Position numbers and translations under genes: made by a program | Shown here: positions 1-11,080 of the stretch, one piece after another | How the letters are laid out: every line of letters starts with the position of its first letter | Position numbering within the stretch: position 1 is the first letter of the stretch | The notes under the pieces: model-generated | Told to the model about the DNA's origin: nothing | Seen by the model: only the letters and a program-made list of their open reading frames with translations | The model's database searches: none | Source: Candidatus Pelagibacter sp. HTCC7211 | GTDB taxonomy: Bacteria; Pseudomonadota; Alphaproteobacteria; Pelagibacterales; Pelagibacteraceae | DNA: 32,000 nt | Direction: 5' to 3' | Assembly (NCBI RefSeq): GCF_000155895.1 | Contig: NZ_DS995298.1 | Span: 840,001-872,000, forward strand

Positions 1-334
<334 letters not shown>

Positions 335-335
335 A

Positions 336-3300
336 ATGAAAAAAGAATTAACAGATTTATTTAAAAATACTGAAATATCTGAAGCTCAAAACTTTAATAG
401 TATAAAAATTTCATTAGCTAGTCCTGAAAAAATAAAATCTTGGACATTTGGAGAAATTAAAAAGCCAGAAACTATAAATTACAGAACTTTCAGACCTGAA
501 AAAGATGGATTGTTCTGTGCAAGAATTTTTGGACCAATTAAAGATTATGAATGTTTGTGTGGAAAATACAAACGAATGAAATTTAGAGGAATAATCTGTG
601 AGAAATGTGGAGTTGAAGTAACTAAATCTAATGTTCGTAGAGAAAGAATGGGACATATAAACCTTGCAACACCTGTAGCACATATTTGGTTTTTAAAATC
701 TTTACCTAGTAGAATTGCTCTAGCAGTTGATATGAAGCTTAAAGAGATTGAAAGAGTTTTATATTTTGAAAATTTTATTGTTATTGAGCCAGGTTTAACT
801 GGATTACAAAAAAACCAACTATTAAATGAAGAAGAATTAGCCAAATATCAAGACGAGTTTGGTGAAGAATCATTTACTGCAGGAATAGGTGCTGAAGCAG
901 TTCTAGAAATGTTAAAGAATTTAGACTTAGAGCTAGAGAGAAAAAATCTTGTAAGTTTTATTAAAGAGACAAAATCAAAAGTTAATGAAGAAAGAGCTAT
1001 TAAAAGATTAAAACTTTTAGAGTCATTTATTGAAACAGGTCAAAAACCAGAGTGGATGATTTTAACAGTTGTTCCAGTAATTCCACCTGAACTAAGACCT
1101 TTAGTTCCATTAGATGGTGGAAGGTTTGCAACATCAGACCTTAACGATCTTTACAGGAGAGTAATTAATCGAAATAACAGATTAAAAAGATTAATGGACC
1201 TTAAAGCTCCAGATATAATCGTTCGTAATGAAAAAAGAATGTTACAAGAATCTGTAGATGCATTATTTGATAACGGTAGAAGAGGAAGAGTAATAACTGG
1301 TACTGGTAAAAGACCTCTTAAATCGCTGGCAGAAATGCTTAAAGGTAAGCAAGGAAGATTTAGACAAAACTTATTGGGAAAAAGAGTGGATTACTCTGGA
1401 AGATCTGTAATTGTCGTTGGACCAGATTTAAAGCTTCATGAGTGTGGATTACCTAAAAAAATGGCTCTTGAATTATTTAAACCATTTCTTTACGCAAGAT
1501 TAAACAAACAAGGTTTAGCTTCAACTATTAAACAAGCTAAAAAATTGGTTGAAAAAGAGACAAATGCAGTTTGGGATGCACTAGAGTTAATTGTTAGAGA
1601 GCACCCTGTGATATTAAACAGAGCACCAACACTTCATAGATTAGGTGTTCAGGCATTTGAACCAAAATTAATTGAGGGCGATGCTATTGAATTACACCCA
1701 TTAACTTGTGCAGCTTTTAATGCTGACTTTGATGGTGACCAAATGGCAGTTCATGTTCCACTAAGTTTAGAAGCTCAATTAGAAGCAAGAATATTAATGT
1801 TATCCACAAACAATATTTTGTCACCATCTAATGGAAAGCCAATTATCGTTCCAAGTCAGGATATGATTTTAGGTATATATTATCTTTCTCAAGAACCTTT
1901 GACTGATAAACCAGCAGGTTATTTTGTTGACGTAGATGCAATTGAATTTGCCTTATCTTCAGACCAAATAAAAGTACATAGTACTATTATATCAAGAATT
2001 GCAACTGTAGATGAAAATGGGAATAAAAAATTTGAAAAATATACATCTACTGCAGGGAGATTCTTATTAGCTAACTTGCTTCCAAAAAATAGTAATATTA
2101 AATTTTCTCTAGTAGATAGATTACTACCTAAAAAAGTTGTTTCAGAAATTATTGATGTAGTCTTTAGGTTTTGTGGTCAAAAAACTACAGTTATATTTTG
2201 CGATAAGCTAAAAGATTTAGGTTTTAAACATGCATTTAAAGCTGGTATATCTTTTGGAAAAGATGATCTTGTAATCCCAGAGAGCAAAACACAACTTATC
2301 GATAATACTAAAAAATTAATTGCTGATTACGAAACTCAATATGCAGAAGGCTTAATTACTAGAGGTGAAAAATATAATAAAGTAGTTGATGCTTGGTCTA
2401 AGTGTACCGATAGTGTTGCTGGTGAAATGATGAAAGGTATTTCAGCGACTGAAAAAACAGAAGAGGGTTTAAAAATTAATTCAGTTTATATGATGGCTGA
2501 TAGTGGTGCTAGAGGATCAGCAGCACAAATGAAACAATTAGCCGGTATGAGAGGATTAATTGCAAAACCTTCAGGTGAAATTATTGAAAGTCCAATTATA
2601 TCAAATTTTAAAGAAGGATTAACAGCATTAGAATATTTTAACTCTACACACGGAGCAAGAAAAGGTCTTGCTGATACAGCGCTTAAAACTGCAAGTTCTG
2701 GATACTTAACAAGAAGACTTTGTGATGTTGCACAAGATTTAACTATCACTAAAGTACAATGTGATAATCCTGGTTTTATTGAACTTTCAGAAATTCTAGA
2801 AGGTGGAAATGTTGTTGTAAGTTTATCAGAAAGAGCTTTAGGAAGAGTTACAGCTGGTGACGTTAAAAATCCATTAACAGGTGAAGTTGTTGTTAAAAAA
2901 TCAGAAATGATAGATGAAGCAGGTTGTGATTTAATAGATGCTGCAGGCGTAAAATCGATCAAAGTTTATTCAGTAATGACATGTAGCTCAAAAGAAGGTG
3001 TTTGTGCAACGTGTTATGGTAGGGATCTATCAAGAGGTAAAATGGTTCATGTTGGTGAGGCAATTGGTATGATTTCTGCTCAATCAATTGGTGAACCTGG
3101 AACACAGTTAACTATGAGAACATTCCACGTAGGTGGTACAGCTTCAGTAAAACAAGAATCTCAAATCGTAAGTAAAAGCGAAGGTACTCTTAAAATTATA
3201 AACTCTAATATTTTAGAAGATTCTAAGAAAAACTTAATTGTAATGGGAAGAAATACTCAACTTTCAATTGAAGATGATAATGGAGTTCAAATAGCAGTTT

Positions 3301-4505
3301 ATAAAGTAGCTTATGGATCAAAATTATTTTTTAATAATGGTGACAAAATAAAAGCAAATACTAAAATTTGTGAATGGGACCCTTACACAACACCAGTAAT
3401 TGCAGAAAAAAGTGGTACAGCAAGTTTTGTTGATTTAATTGATGGTGTTTCAATTCAAGAAACCACAGATGATGCCACAGGTATTTCATCTAAATCAGTA
3501 ATTGACTGGAGGGCACAATCAAAAAGTACAGATTTAAAACCAAGAATTACTTTAAGAGATGAAAAAGGAAATGTAATTAAAAAGGCTGATGACAATGAAG
3601 CAAGATATTATTTAGTTCCAGATTCAATTCTATCCATTAAAGATGGACAAAAAGTATATGCTGGAGATGTAATTGCAAGACTTCCCAAAGAAACTACTAA
3701 AACAAAAGATATTACTGGAGGTCTTCCAAGAGTAGCAGAATTATTCGAAGCAAGAAAAGCAAAAGATAGTGCTATTATTGCAGAAAACGATGGTCAAGTT
3801 GTGTTTGGAAAAGAAGTAAGAGGAAAACAAAGAGTATCGATTGTTCCTGAAGATGGTGCAGAAGCTTCAAACTATTTAATTCCTAAAGGAAAACATATTA
3901 ATTTTAATCCTGGCGAAAAAATTCAAAAAGGTGAATATTTATTGGATGGACAACCATTACCTCATGATATTTTAAGAATACTTGGAATTAAAGAATTGAC
4001 TGAATATTTTGTTAATCAAGTTCAAGAAGTATATAGACTACAAGGTGTAATTATAAATGACAAACACATTGAAACTATTTTAAGACAAATGCTTAAAAAA
4101 GTTGAAGTTAAAGTTTCAGGTGACTCTAATTATTTACCTGGTGAAGTGATAGATAGAATTAAATTCGATAATGCAAACGAAAAACTTGTTGCTGAAGGTA
4201 AAACGCCAGCAGTTGGAGAAAGAGTTTTAATGGGCATAACCAAAGCATCATTACAAACTGAGTCATTCATCTCAGCCGCTTCATTCCAAGAAACAACAAG
4301 AGTTCTGACAGATGCTGCAATTAAAGGTAAGGTTGATCCATTAAATGGATTAAAAGAAAATGTTATAGTTGGTAGGTTAGTCCCAGCTGGAACTGGAAAT
4401 ATTAAGAACAAATGGAACAAAAAAGCTCTTGAAGATGACAATAATTTTATTGCAGAACAAGATAAAATAGAGTCAACAGAAGCTGCTGAAACACCAGCAA
4501 ATTAG
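336..4505 (+). CDS. rpoC: DNA-directed RNA polymerase subunit beta-prime
   Basis: 1389-aa ORF. It has the N-terminal zinc-binding segment [23 protein letters not shown] and the catalytic Mg motif [14 protein letters not shown]. Its length and position after rpoB are canonical. Confidence 0.98.
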   Translation: MKKELTDLFKNTEISEAQNFNSIKISLASPEKIKSWTFGEIKKPETINYRTFRPEKDGLFCARIFGPIKDYECLCGKYKRMKFRGIICEKCGVEVTKSNVRRERMGHINLATPVAHIWFLKSLPSRIALAVDMKLKEIERVLYFENFIVIEPGLTGLQKNQLLNEEELAKYQDEFGEESFTAGIGAEAVLEMLKNLDLELERKNLVSFIKETKSKVNEERAIKRLKLLESFIETGQKPEWMILTVVPVIPPELRPLVPLDGGRFATSDLNDLYRRVINRNNRLKRLMDLKAPDIIVRNEKRMLQESVDALFDNGRRGRVITGTGKRPLKSLAEMLKGKQGRFRQNLLGKRVDYSGRSVIVVGPDLKLHECGLPKKMALELFKPFLYARLNKQGLASTIKQAKKLVEKETNAVWDALELIVREHPVILNRAPTLHRLGVQAFEPKLIEGDAIELHPLTCAAFNADFDGDQMAVHVPLSLEAQLEARILMLSTNNILSPSNGKPIIVPSQDMILGIYYLSQEPLTDKPAGYFVDVDAIEFALSSDQIKVHSTIISRIATVDENGNKKFEKYTSTAGRFLLANLLPKNSNIKFSLVDRLLPKKVVSEIIDVVFRFCGQKTTVIFCDKLKDLGFKHAFKAGISFGKDDLVIPESKTQLIDNTKKLIADYETQYAEGLITRGEKYNKVVDAWSKCTDSVAGEMMKGISATEKTEEGLKINSVYMMADSGARGSAAQMKQLAGMRGLIAKPSGEIIESPIISNFKEGLTALEYFNSTHGARKGLADTALKTASSGYLTRRLCDVAQDLTITKVQCDNPGFIELSEILEGGNVVVSLSERALGRVTAGDVKNPLTGEVVVKKSEMIDEAGCDLIDAAGVKSIKVYSVMTCSSKEGVCATCYGRDLSRGKMVHVGEAIGMISAQSIGEPGTQLTMRTFHVGGTASVKQESQIVSKSEGTLKIINSNILEDSKKNLIVMGRNTQLSIEDDNGVQIAVYKVAYGSKLFFNNGDKIKANTKICEWDPYTTPVIAEKSGTASFVDLIDGVSIQETTDDATGISSKSVIDWRAQSKSTDLKPRITLRDEKGNVIKKADDNEARYYLVPDSILSIKDGQKVYAGDVIARLPKETTKTKDITGGLPRVAELFEARKAKDSAIIAENDGQVVFGKEVRGKQRVSIVPEDGAEASNYLIPKGKHINFNPGEKIQKGEYLLDGQPLPHDILRILGIKELTEYFVNQVQEVYRLQGVIINDKHIETILRQMLKKVEVKVSGDSNYLPGEVIDRIKFDNANEKLVAEGKTPAVGERVLMGITKASLQTESFISAASFQETTRVLTDAAIKGKVDPLNGLKENVIVGRLVPAGTGNIKNKWNKKALEDDNNFIAEQDKIESTEAAETPAN

Positions 4506-4538
4506 TCATTTAAATCACTTGAAAATTGAAGTTTTAGT

Positions 4539-4566
4539 TTGACAAAGCCAGATTATTAAGTATTTT
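4539..4566 (+). promoter_or_regulatory. Candidate sigma70-type promoter for the rpsL operon
   Basis: Perfect -35 hexamer TTGACA (4539-4544), 16-nt spacer, then TATTTT (4561-4566, 4/6 match to TATAAT). It lies in the only large non-coding stretch of the window. There is no experimental support. Confidence 0.4.
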
Positions 4567-4676
4567 GGCGATATTTTTGGTTGGAATGTAGTACCTGCTA
4601 ATAGTACTAAACGCTGCCACAAAATAACCTGTCAGTTATTTTCACCTAAAAATAAACTAATTAATTTAAAAAATTT
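4567..4676 (+). promoter_or_regulatory. Candidate structured 5' leader of rpsL (two small stem-loops)
   Basis: Stem-loop 1 is TAGTAC 4589-4594 / GTACTA 4604-4609 with a 9-nt loop. Stem-loop 2 is AAAATAAC 4621-4628 / GTTATTTT 4635-4642 with a 6-nt loop. Both loops start in an ACCTG(C/T) context. The stems are A/U-rich and weak. No Shine-Dalgarno precedes the ATG at 4677. Confidence 0.3.
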
Positions 4677-5048
4677 ATGCCAACTATTAACCAGTTGTTA
4701 AGAAAAAAAAGAGTCAAACAAGTTTCTAGGAACAAAGTTCCAGCGTTACAAAAGCAACCTTTAAAAAGAGGTGTTTGTGTAAAAGTTTATACAACAACTC
4801 CAAAAAAACCAAATTCAGCTTTAAGAAAAGTTGCTAGAGTAAGACTCTCTAATGGCTTTGAAGTAACAGCTTATATTCCAGGTGAAGGACATAACTTACA
4901 AGAACACTCTGTAGTTTTAATTCGAGGTGGAAGAGTTAAAGATTTACCTGGTGTTCGTTACCATATTTTAAGAGGTAATCTTGATACACAAGGGGTAGCA
5001 AATAGAAAAAAAAGAAGATCTTTATATGGAACTAAAAAAGGTAAATAA
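4677..5048 (+). CDS. rpsL: 30S ribosomal protein S12
   Basis: 123 aa. It begins [12 protein letters not shown] and contains [37 protein letters not shown], which is unmistakably S12. Confidence 0.98.
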   Translation: MPTINQLLRKKRVKQVSRNKVPALQKQPLKRGVCVKVYTTTPKKPNSALRKVARVRLSNGFEVTAYIPGEGHNLQEHSVVLIRGGRVKDLPGVRYHILRGNLDTQGVANRKKRRSLYGTKKGK

Positions 5049-5518
5049 TGTCTAGAAAAAAAACTCAACCTAAAAAAAATGTTGTTCCTGATCCAAAATT
5101 CAATTCAACTGTAATTCCAAAATTAATAAATAATATCATGTATGATGGCAAAAGAGGTGTTGCAGCCAAGATAGTATATGATGCAATTGAAAAGATTAAA
5201 ACAAAATCAAAAGATGAACCAATAAATATTTTTAACGAGGCAATTAATAATATTAAACCAACCGTAGAAGTAAGATCTAGAAGGGTTGGTGGTGCAACTT
5301 ATCAAGTACCCGTTGAAGTAAAAAGCAAAAGAGCTCAAGCTTTAGCAATTAGATGGTTAGTGGACTCAGCAAGAAAAAGAAAAGATAAACATATGTCTGA
5401 TAAAATATTTAATGAACTTTTTGATGCTTATGAAAAAAAAGGTGCTGCTGTAAAAAAAAGAGAGGATGTGCATAAAATGGCAGAGTCAAATAAAGCTTTT
5501 GCACATTTTAGATGGTAA
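5048..5518 (+). CDS. rpsG: 30S ribosomal protein S7
   Basis: 156 aa with VEVRSRRVGGATYQVPVEV and a C-terminal AHFRW. The start overlaps the rpsL stop (TAATG). Confidence 0.98.
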   Translation: MSRKKTQPKKNVVPDPKFNSTVIPKLINNIMYDGKRGVAAKIVYDAIEKIKTKSKDEPINIFNEAINNIKPTVEVRSRRVGGATYQVPVEVKSKRAQALAIRWLVDSARKRKDKHMSDKIFNELFDAYEKKGAAVKKREDVHKMAESNKAFAHFRW

Positions 5519-5524
5519 AAAATT

Positions 5525-7603
5525 ATGGCTAGATCTCATACATTAGAAAAATACAGAAATATCGGGATCATGGCTCATATTGATGCTGGTAAAACTACCA
5601 CTACTGAAAGAGTTTTATATTATACTGGTAAAAGTCATAAAATTGGTGAAGTGCACGACGGCGCCGCAACAATGGATTGGATGGAGCAGGAGCAAGAAAG
5701 AGGAATTACAATCACCTCTGCAGCTACTACTTGTTTTTGGAATGATCATAGAGTCAATATTATTGATACTCCGGGTCACGTAGATTTTACTATTGAAGTA
5801 GAAAGATCACTAAAGGTGTTAGATGGAGCTGTGGCTGTTTTTGATGGTGTTGCAGGTGTTGAACCTCAATCTGAAACAGTATGGAGGCAAGCAGATAAAT
5901 ACAAAGTTCCAAGAATATGTTTTGTTAATAAATTAGACAGAACTGGAGCAGATTTCTTTAGATGTGTGGATATGATTAGAGATAGGCTAGGAGCTAAACC
6001 ATTAGCATTACAAGTCCCTATTGGTATAGAAGCTTCATTAACTGGTGTTGTAGATCTAGTAAAAATGAAAGCTCAAGTCTGGAAAAATGAAGCATTAGGA
6101 GCTGAGTGGGAATACAAAGATATTCCAGATGATTTGAAAGAAATTTCTCAAAAATATAGAACTGAATTAGTAGAAACAGCTGTTGAACAAGATGAAAATC
6201 TTATGGAAGCTTACTTGAATGGTGATGAGATTAAGGAAGAGGATTTAATTAAATGTATTAGAAAAGGAACTTTAAATTTCAGTTTTGTGCCAGTTTTAAC
6301 TGGCTCTGCATTTAAAAACAAAGGGGTTCAACCATTACTAGATGCTGTTGTAAACTATTTACCAAGTCCGGTAGATATAGGATCTATCAATGGAACTAAA
6401 TTAGGCACTGATGAAGAAATTGAAATGAAATTTGAAGACAGTGCTCCATTTTCAGCTTTAGCTTTTAAGGTTGCCAATGACCCTTTTGTTGGATCACTAA
6501 CTTTTATAAGAGTTTATTCTGGAACAATTAAAACAGGTACGGCTGTATTTAATTCCTCAAAAGAAAAAGAGGAAAGAGTGGGAAGAATGTTATTAATGCA
6601 TGCAAATTCTCGAGAAGATATTAAAGAAGCAAATGCAGGTGATATTGTTGCATTAGCAGGTTTAAAAAATACAATAACCGGTCATACTTTATGCGATAAA
6701 GATAATCCAGTTTTACTAGAACCTATGGAATTCCCAGAACCAGTTATTGAAATTGCTGTTGAGCCAAAAACAAAGGCTGACCAAGAAAAAATGGGAGAAG
6801 CATTAGGAAGACTAGCTGCAGAAGATCCTTCATTCAGAGTTACATCAGACGAGGAGTCAGGTCAAACAATCATAAAAGGTATGGGCGAACTTCACTTGGA
6901 TATTATCGTTGATAGAATGAAAAGAGAATTTAAAGTTGAAGCCAATGTTGGAGCACCTCAAGTTGCATACAGAGAAACATTAGAAAATGCATCAGAAGTA
7001 GAATACACACACAAGAAGCAAAGTGGTGGTGCAGGACAATTTGCAAAAGTTAAATTATTAGTTGAACCTCAAGAACCAGGTGCAGGAAGATTAGTTGAAA
7101 GTAAAATTAAGGGTGGAGCAATTCCTAAAGAATTTATTCCAGGAGTAGAGAAAGGTATTGAAACTGTATCAGATGGTGGAATTTTAGCTGGATTTCCAAT
7201 GATAGATTATAAAGTTACGATTTTGGATGGTCTACATCATGATGTTGACTCAAGTGTTCTTGCTTTTGAATTAGCTAGTAGAGCATGTTTCAAAGAAGCT
7301 TGTACAAAAGGAACATTAAAATTATTAGAACCAGTTATGAGAGTTGAAGTGGTTACACCAGAGGACTACATGGGAGATGTTATTGGAGATTTAAATAGTA
7401 GAAGAGGTCAGATAAGCACTCAAGAACAAAGAGGTAATGCTACTGTAATAACAGCAATGGTACCTCTAGCAAATATGTTTGGATATATTAATAATTTAAG
7501 ATCTATGTCTCAAGGTAGAGCTCAATATTCAATGTTTTTTGATCATTACTCAAAAGTACCTCAAAATGTTCAAGACGAAGTAACTAAAAAGATTGCAGGG
7601 TAA
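5525..7603 (+). CDS. fusA: Translation elongation factor G
   Basis: 692 aa with GTPase motifs [17 protein letters not shown] and NKLDR. It sits in the canonical position after rpsG. Confidence 0.98.
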   Translation: MARSHTLEKYRNIGIMAHIDAGKTTTTERVLYYTGKSHKIGEVHDGAATMDWMEQEQERGITITSAATTCFWNDHRVNIIDTPGHVDFTIEVERSLKVLDGAVAVFDGVAGVEPQSETVWRQADKYKVPRICFVNKLDRTGADFFRCVDMIRDRLGAKPLALQVPIGIEASLTGVVDLVKMKAQVWKNEALGAEWEYKDIPDDLKEISQKYRTELVETAVEQDENLMEAYLNGDEIKEEDLIKCIRKGTLNFSFVPVLTGSAFKNKGVQPLLDAVVNYLPSPVDIGSINGTKLGTDEEIEMKFEDSAPFSALAFKVANDPFVGSLTFIRVYSGTIKTGTAVFNSSKEKEERVGRMLLMHANSREDIKEANAGDIVALAGLKNTITGHTLCDKDNPVLLEPMEFPEPVIEIAVEPKTKADQEKMGEALGRLAAEDPSFRVTSDEESGQTIIKGMGELHLDIIVDRMKREFKVEANVGAPQVAYRETLENASEVEYTHKKQSGGAGQFAKVKLLVEPQEPGAGRLVESKIKGGAIPKEFIPGVEKGIETVSDGGILAGFPMIDYKVTILDGLHHDVDSSVLAFELASRACFKEACTKGTLKLLEPVMRVEVVTPEDYMGDVIGDLNSRRGQISTQEQRGNATVITAMVPLANMFGYINNLRSMSQGRAQYSMFFDHYSKVPQNVQDEVTKKIAG

Positions 7604-7605
7604 AT

Positions 7606-7914
7606 ATGGAAAAACAAAATATTAGAATTAAACTTAGAGCTTACGATAACAAAATTTTAGATGCTTCTACTGAAGAAATAGTTAATACAGTTAAAAGAAC
7701 TGGTGCTACTATAAAGGGTCCGATACCATTACCTACAAGAATTGAGAGATATACAGTATTAAGATCACCTCATATTGATAAAAAAAGTAGAGAACAATTT
7801 GAGTCAAGAACTCATAAAAGATTAATAGATATTATTGAACCAACACCACAAACTGTGGAAGCATTAATGAAATTAGATTTAGCTTCAGGTGTAGATGTGG
7901 AGATTAAAATTTAG
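7606..7914 (+). CDS. rpsJ: 30S ribosomal protein S10
   Basis: 102 aa with IRIKLRAYD...GPIPLPT...[14 protein letters not shown]...[12 protein letters not shown]. It starts 2 nt after the fusA stop. Confidence 0.98.
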   Translation: MEKQNIRIKLRAYDNKILDASTEEIVNTVKRTGATIKGPIPLPTRIERYTVLRSPHIDKKSREQFESRTHKRLIDIIEPTPQTVEALMKLDLASGVDVEIKI

Positions 7915-7916
7915 TT

Positions 7917-8627
7917 ATGACTGAAATAGCTTTAATGGGAAAAAAAATTGGTATGACACGGGAGTTTTATAAAACGGGTCAATTAGTTCCTGTTACAGTT
8001 TTAAAAGTTGAAAAAGCTAGAGTTGTTCAAGTTATTGATGAAGAAAAACGTGGCTATAAAGCAGTCCAACTTGGATACGGAAAAATCAAAAACTCAAAAT
8101 TAACAAAAGCAATGAAAGGATTTTTTGCAAAAAAAAATACTGAAGCTAAAAGAAAACTTAAGGAATACAGAATAAAAGATACAGAAGCATATAAAGAAGG
8201 TAATGAATTTGGACTTGAAATATTTAAAGATATTAAATTTGTAGATACAAGGTCAAAAACCATTGGAAAAGGTTTTGCTGGAGCTATGAAAAGATGGAAT
8301 TTTGGAGGTTTGAGAGCAAGTCATGGTGTATCCATTTCTCATAGAGCACATGGATCAACTGGACACAGTCAAGATCCAGGCAAAGTATTTAAAGGCAAAA
8401 AAATGGCTGGTCACATGGGTGACAGATTAAGAACAATGTTAAATATTGAAATTGTTAAAACAGATTTAGAAAATGAATTACTGTATTTAAAGGGTTCAAT
8501 ACCAGGATCTAAAAATACAGAGGTATTTGTTAGGAAATCAGTAAAAAATATTAACAAAATGACAGTTTCGGAAAAAATAGCTGCTGCTGAAGAAGCAAAA
8601 AAAACACCAGATAAAAAGAAAAAATAA
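7917..8627 (+). CDS. rplC: 50S ribosomal protein L3
   Basis: 236 aa with GKKIGMT and GFAGAMKRWNFGG. It has a Lys-rich C-terminal tail (PDKKKK). Confidence 0.97.
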   Translation: MTEIALMGKKIGMTREFYKTGQLVPVTVLKVEKARVVQVIDEEKRGYKAVQLGYGKIKNSKLTKAMKGFFAKKNTEAKRKLKEYRIKDTEAYKEGNEFGLEIFKDIKFVDTRSKTIGKGFAGAMKRWNFGGLRASHGVSISHRAHGSTGHSQDPGKVFKGKKMAGHMGDRLRTMLNIEIVKTDLENELLYLKGSIPGSKNTEVFVRKSVKNINKMTVSEKIAAAEEAKKTPDKKKK

Positions 8628-9250
8628 TGAAATTAGAAAAATTTAGCATTGATGGAAAAAAAGATACTATAGAAGTATTAGATAAAATTTTTTCAGCAAA
8701 AATTAACAGCAAACTTGTAAGTAGCGTTTTGTATAAAACAAATGCAAATTACAAAGGTAGACATGCGAAAACAAAACAACAAAATGAAGTTAGCGGACCA
8801 ACATCTAAAATTTATGCACAAAAAGGCACAGGTGGAGCAAGACACGCAAGTAGAAAAGCACCTATCTTTGTAGGTGGTGGTATTGCTCATGGTCCTAAAG
8901 GTGAACTTGCTTATAAAAAAAGAAAATTAAACAAAAATGAAAAAAAATTAAGCGTTGCTTCTCTTATAACAGAAAAAAATAAACATAAAAATTTATTGAT
9001 ATTAAATGATTTTAGTTCTGAAATAAAAAAGACTAAAGAAATGAATGCTATCATCCAAAAATTAGAGATATCTAACTCATTAATTATATTAGACAAATCA
9101 TCCAAAGAAAAAATTGAAAAATCAGCAAGAAATATTCCTAATGTTAAAGTGACTGATGTAAATCATTTTAGCTCGTATGACATAATTAAATTCAAAAAAG
9201 TTGTTTTCACAGAAAGCTCTGTAAAAGAATTGGAAAAGAGATATTCGTAA
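8627..9250 (+). CDS. rplD: 50S ribosomal protein L4
   Basis: 207 aa with QKGTGGARHASRKAPIFVGGGIAHGPK. TAATG junction with rplC. Confidence 0.97.
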   Translation: MKLEKFSIDGKKDTIEVLDKIFSAKINSKLVSSVLYKTNANYKGRHAKTKQQNEVSGPTSKIYAQKGTGGARHASRKAPIFVGGGIAHGPKGELAYKKRKLNKNEKKLSVASLITEKNKHKNLLILNDFSSEIKKTKEMNAIIQKLEISNSLIILDKSSKEKIEKSARNIPNVKVTDVNHFSSYDIIKFKKVVFTESSVKELEKRYS

Positions 9251-9251
9251 T

Positions 9252-9545
9252 ATGGACAAAATACACTTATACGACAAAATAATTTCACCAATGGTAACTG
9301 AAAAATCAACTAATTTATCAGAACAAAATAAAGTAGTTTTTAAAGTTCCAGCAGGCGCAGATAAAGTAAATTTAAAAAAAAATATTGAAAAAATTTTCAA
9401 AGTTAATGTTACTAAAATTAATATAATTAATAAGCAAAACAGAACAAAAATTACTAGAGGAAAAAAAGTAAAAGTATCTGGTTTCAAAAAAGCAATAATA
9501 ACTCTTAAAAAAGGTCAAAGTATTGATCTAACAACAGGAATTTAA
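9252..9545 (+). CDS. rplW: 50S ribosomal protein L23
   Basis: 97 aa. The sequence IISPMVTEKST...VFKV and its size and position between L4 and L2 are canonical. Confidence 0.95.
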   Translation: MDKIHLYDKIISPMVTEKSTNLSEQNKVVFKVPAGADKVNLKKNIEKIFKVNVTKINIINKQNRTKITRGKKVKVSGFKKAIITLKKGQSIDLTTGI

Positions 9546-9549
9546 AAAA

Positions 9550-10389
9550 ATGGCATTAAAAACATTTAAACCCTATACAAAATCTACCAGAGGAACAATT
9601 CTTGTTGATAGAACTGGTCTCTGGAAAGGCAAACCTTTCAAGTCACTTGTATCACCAAAGAATGCAATGAAAGGAAGAAACAATAATGGCCATATTACAT
9701 CTATTAATAGATCTGGTGGGCATAAAAAAATGTACAGACATGTTGATTTTTATAGAAAGAAATTTGACATGGAGGCTACAGTTGAGAGAATTGAATATGA
9801 TCCAAATAGATCGTGCTACATAATGTTAGTAAAATTTGAAGATGCATCACATGCTTATTACCTAGCCCCTCAAAAGATTAAAGCTGGTGATAAAATAGAA
9901 AATGGTTCAAAAAAAGAGATTAAAGTTGGAAATTGTATGCCACTTCAAGATATACCAGTTGGTATTAATATACATAATGTCGAAATTCAACCTGGTGCAG
10001 GTGGAAAAATTGCAAGATCTGCAGGATCATCAGTAACTATAAGTGGTCTAGACGGTAACTATAGTTTAATTAAATTAGCTTCAGGTGAAGTTAGAAAAAT
10101 TGATTCTAGATCTTTAGCGACAATAGGTGTTTTAAGTAATCCAGATCAAAAAAATATTAAAATTGGTAAAGCTGGTAGATCAAGATGGTTGGGTAGAAAG
10201 CCCCATACTAGAGGTGTTGTTAAAAACCCAGTAGATCACCCACACGGCGGTGGTGAAGGTAAATCAGCAGGAGGTAGACACCCAGTTTCACCAACAGGTC
10301 AATCTGCTAAAGGATTAAAAACTAGAGATAATAAGAGAACAGACAAATATATAGTTAAAAGAAGAAACAAAAGGAAGGATACCAAGTAA
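9550..10389 (+). CDS. rplB: 50S ribosomal protein L2
   Basis: 279 aa with [14 protein letters not shown] and RGVVKNP. Confidence 0.98.
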   Translation: MALKTFKPYTKSTRGTILVDRTGLWKGKPFKSLVSPKNAMKGRNNNGHITSINRSGGHKKMYRHVDFYRKKFDMEATVERIEYDPNRSCYIMLVKFEDASHAYYLAPQKIKAGDKIENGSKKEIKVGNCMPLQDIPVGINIHNVEIQPGAGGKIARSAGSSVTISGLDGNYSLIKLASGEVRKIDSRSLATIGVLSNPDQKNIKIGKAGRSRWLGRKPHTRGVVKNPVDHPHGGGEGKSAGGRHPVSPTGQSAKGLKTRDNKRTDKYIVKRRNKRKDTK

Positions 10390-10679
10390 TGGCTAGAGCA
10401 GTATGGAAAGGACCTTTTGTGGAAGAAAGTTTAATGAAAAAAGTTGATAAATATAAAGATGATCCAAAAAAAATACCTATCAAAACTTGGTCAAGAAAAT
10501 CAACAATTTTACCAGATTTTGTTGGAGTTAGTTTTCAGATATATAATGGTAAAAAGTTTATTCCAATTACAATATCAGAGGATATGGTTGGACACAAATT
10601 AGGTGAGTTTTCACCAACAAGAACTTTTTATGGTCATACACCAGCAGATAAAAAAGCTAAACCTGCAGAGAAAAAATAA
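10389..10679 (+). CDS. rpsS: 30S ribosomal protein S19
   Basis: 96 aa with WKGPFV and [18 protein letters not shown] junction with rplB. Confidence 0.98.
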   Translation: MARAVWKGPFVEESLMKKVDKYKDDPKKIPIKTWSRKSTILPDFVGVSFQIYNGKKFIPITISEDMVGHKLGEFSPTRTFYGHTPADKKAKPAEKK

Positions 10680-10681
10680 AT

Positions 10682-11080
10682 ATGAACAAAACTAAAAAAA
10701 AGAATAGAAAAAAAGTTGATACAGTAAAGTCTGTAAACAATAGTATAAGAACTAGTGTTAGAAAACTTAATCCTATTTTAAAAAGTATTGTTGGTAAAAA
10801 AGTTGATGTTGCTATTAGAGACCTTCAGTTTTCTGCTAAAAGAATTTCAAAAGATATAAGAAAGACAATAAGCTCAGCTGTAGCAAATGCTGAAAATAAC
10901 TTTCAGTACGATATCGATAATTTAGTAGTTAAAGAAGCTTATTGTGGCAAAAAGATTGTAATGAAAAGATTTAGACCAAGAGCTAAAGGAAGAGCAGCTC
11001 CTATATTAAAGCCATGGTCAACTGTAACTATAATATTATCAGAAGTTAAACAAATGGAGAGTCATGGGTCAAAAAGTTAA
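10682..11080 (+). CDS. rplV: 50S ribosomal protein L22
   Basis: 132 aa with [16 protein letters not shown]. It has a Lys-rich N-terminal extension. Its 3' end overlaps rpsC by 17 nt. Confidence 0.96.
   Translation: MNKTKKKNRKKVDTVKSVNNSIRTSVRKLNPILKSIVGKKVDVAIRDLQFSAKRISKDIRKTISSAVANAENNFQYDIDNLVVKEAYCGKKIVMKRFRPRAKGRAAPILKPWSTVTIILSEVKQMESHGSKS

Noticed and set aside
1800-1808. Perfect DnaA-box consensus TTATCCACA.
   Set aside because: It is a single isolated 9-mer inside the rpoC coding sequence (codons for L-S-T). There is no cluster of boxes and no AT-rich unwinding element or dnaA/dnaN context. One occurrence in 64 kb of two-strand sequence is roughly chance.
2486-2962. Long antisense ORFs inside conserved genes: 158 aa opposite rpoC, 150 aa opposite rpoA (19195-19647), 145 aa opposite pyrC' (31193-31630), 137 aa opposite rplQ/rlu (20310-20723), 121 aa opposite rplD/rplW (9122-9487) and 112 aa opposite rplP (11827-12165).
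   Set aside because: Each lies entirely within a strongly recognisable gene on the other strand. Their translations are low-complexity, Ser/Phe/Leu/Ile-rich mirror images with no motifs. Such open antisense frames follow from the sense-strand codon bias. There is no independent start context or spacing.
4517-4540. Possible intrinsic terminator after rpoC: ACTT/AAGT stem followed by TTTTAGTTT.
   Set aside because: The stem has only 4 bp with an 8-nt loop, far too weak to call. rpoC may simply read through into the rpsL leader.
4586-4591. Minimal start-stop ORF ATG-TAG in the rpsL leader, overlapping the 5' arm of stem-loop 1.
   Set aside because: There is no convincing Shine-Dalgarno (only GGTTGGA upstream). 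ATG-TAG is a frequent chance hexamer in AT-rich DNA. It is mentioned only as something to watch in ribosome-profiling data.
5580-5783. Same-strand alternative-frame ORFs: 67 aa inside fusA and 60 aa across the rplR/rpsE junction (15183-15365).
   Set aside because: They are embedded out of frame in highly conserved genes. They have no recognisable product or ribosome-binding context, and their length is within chance expectation.
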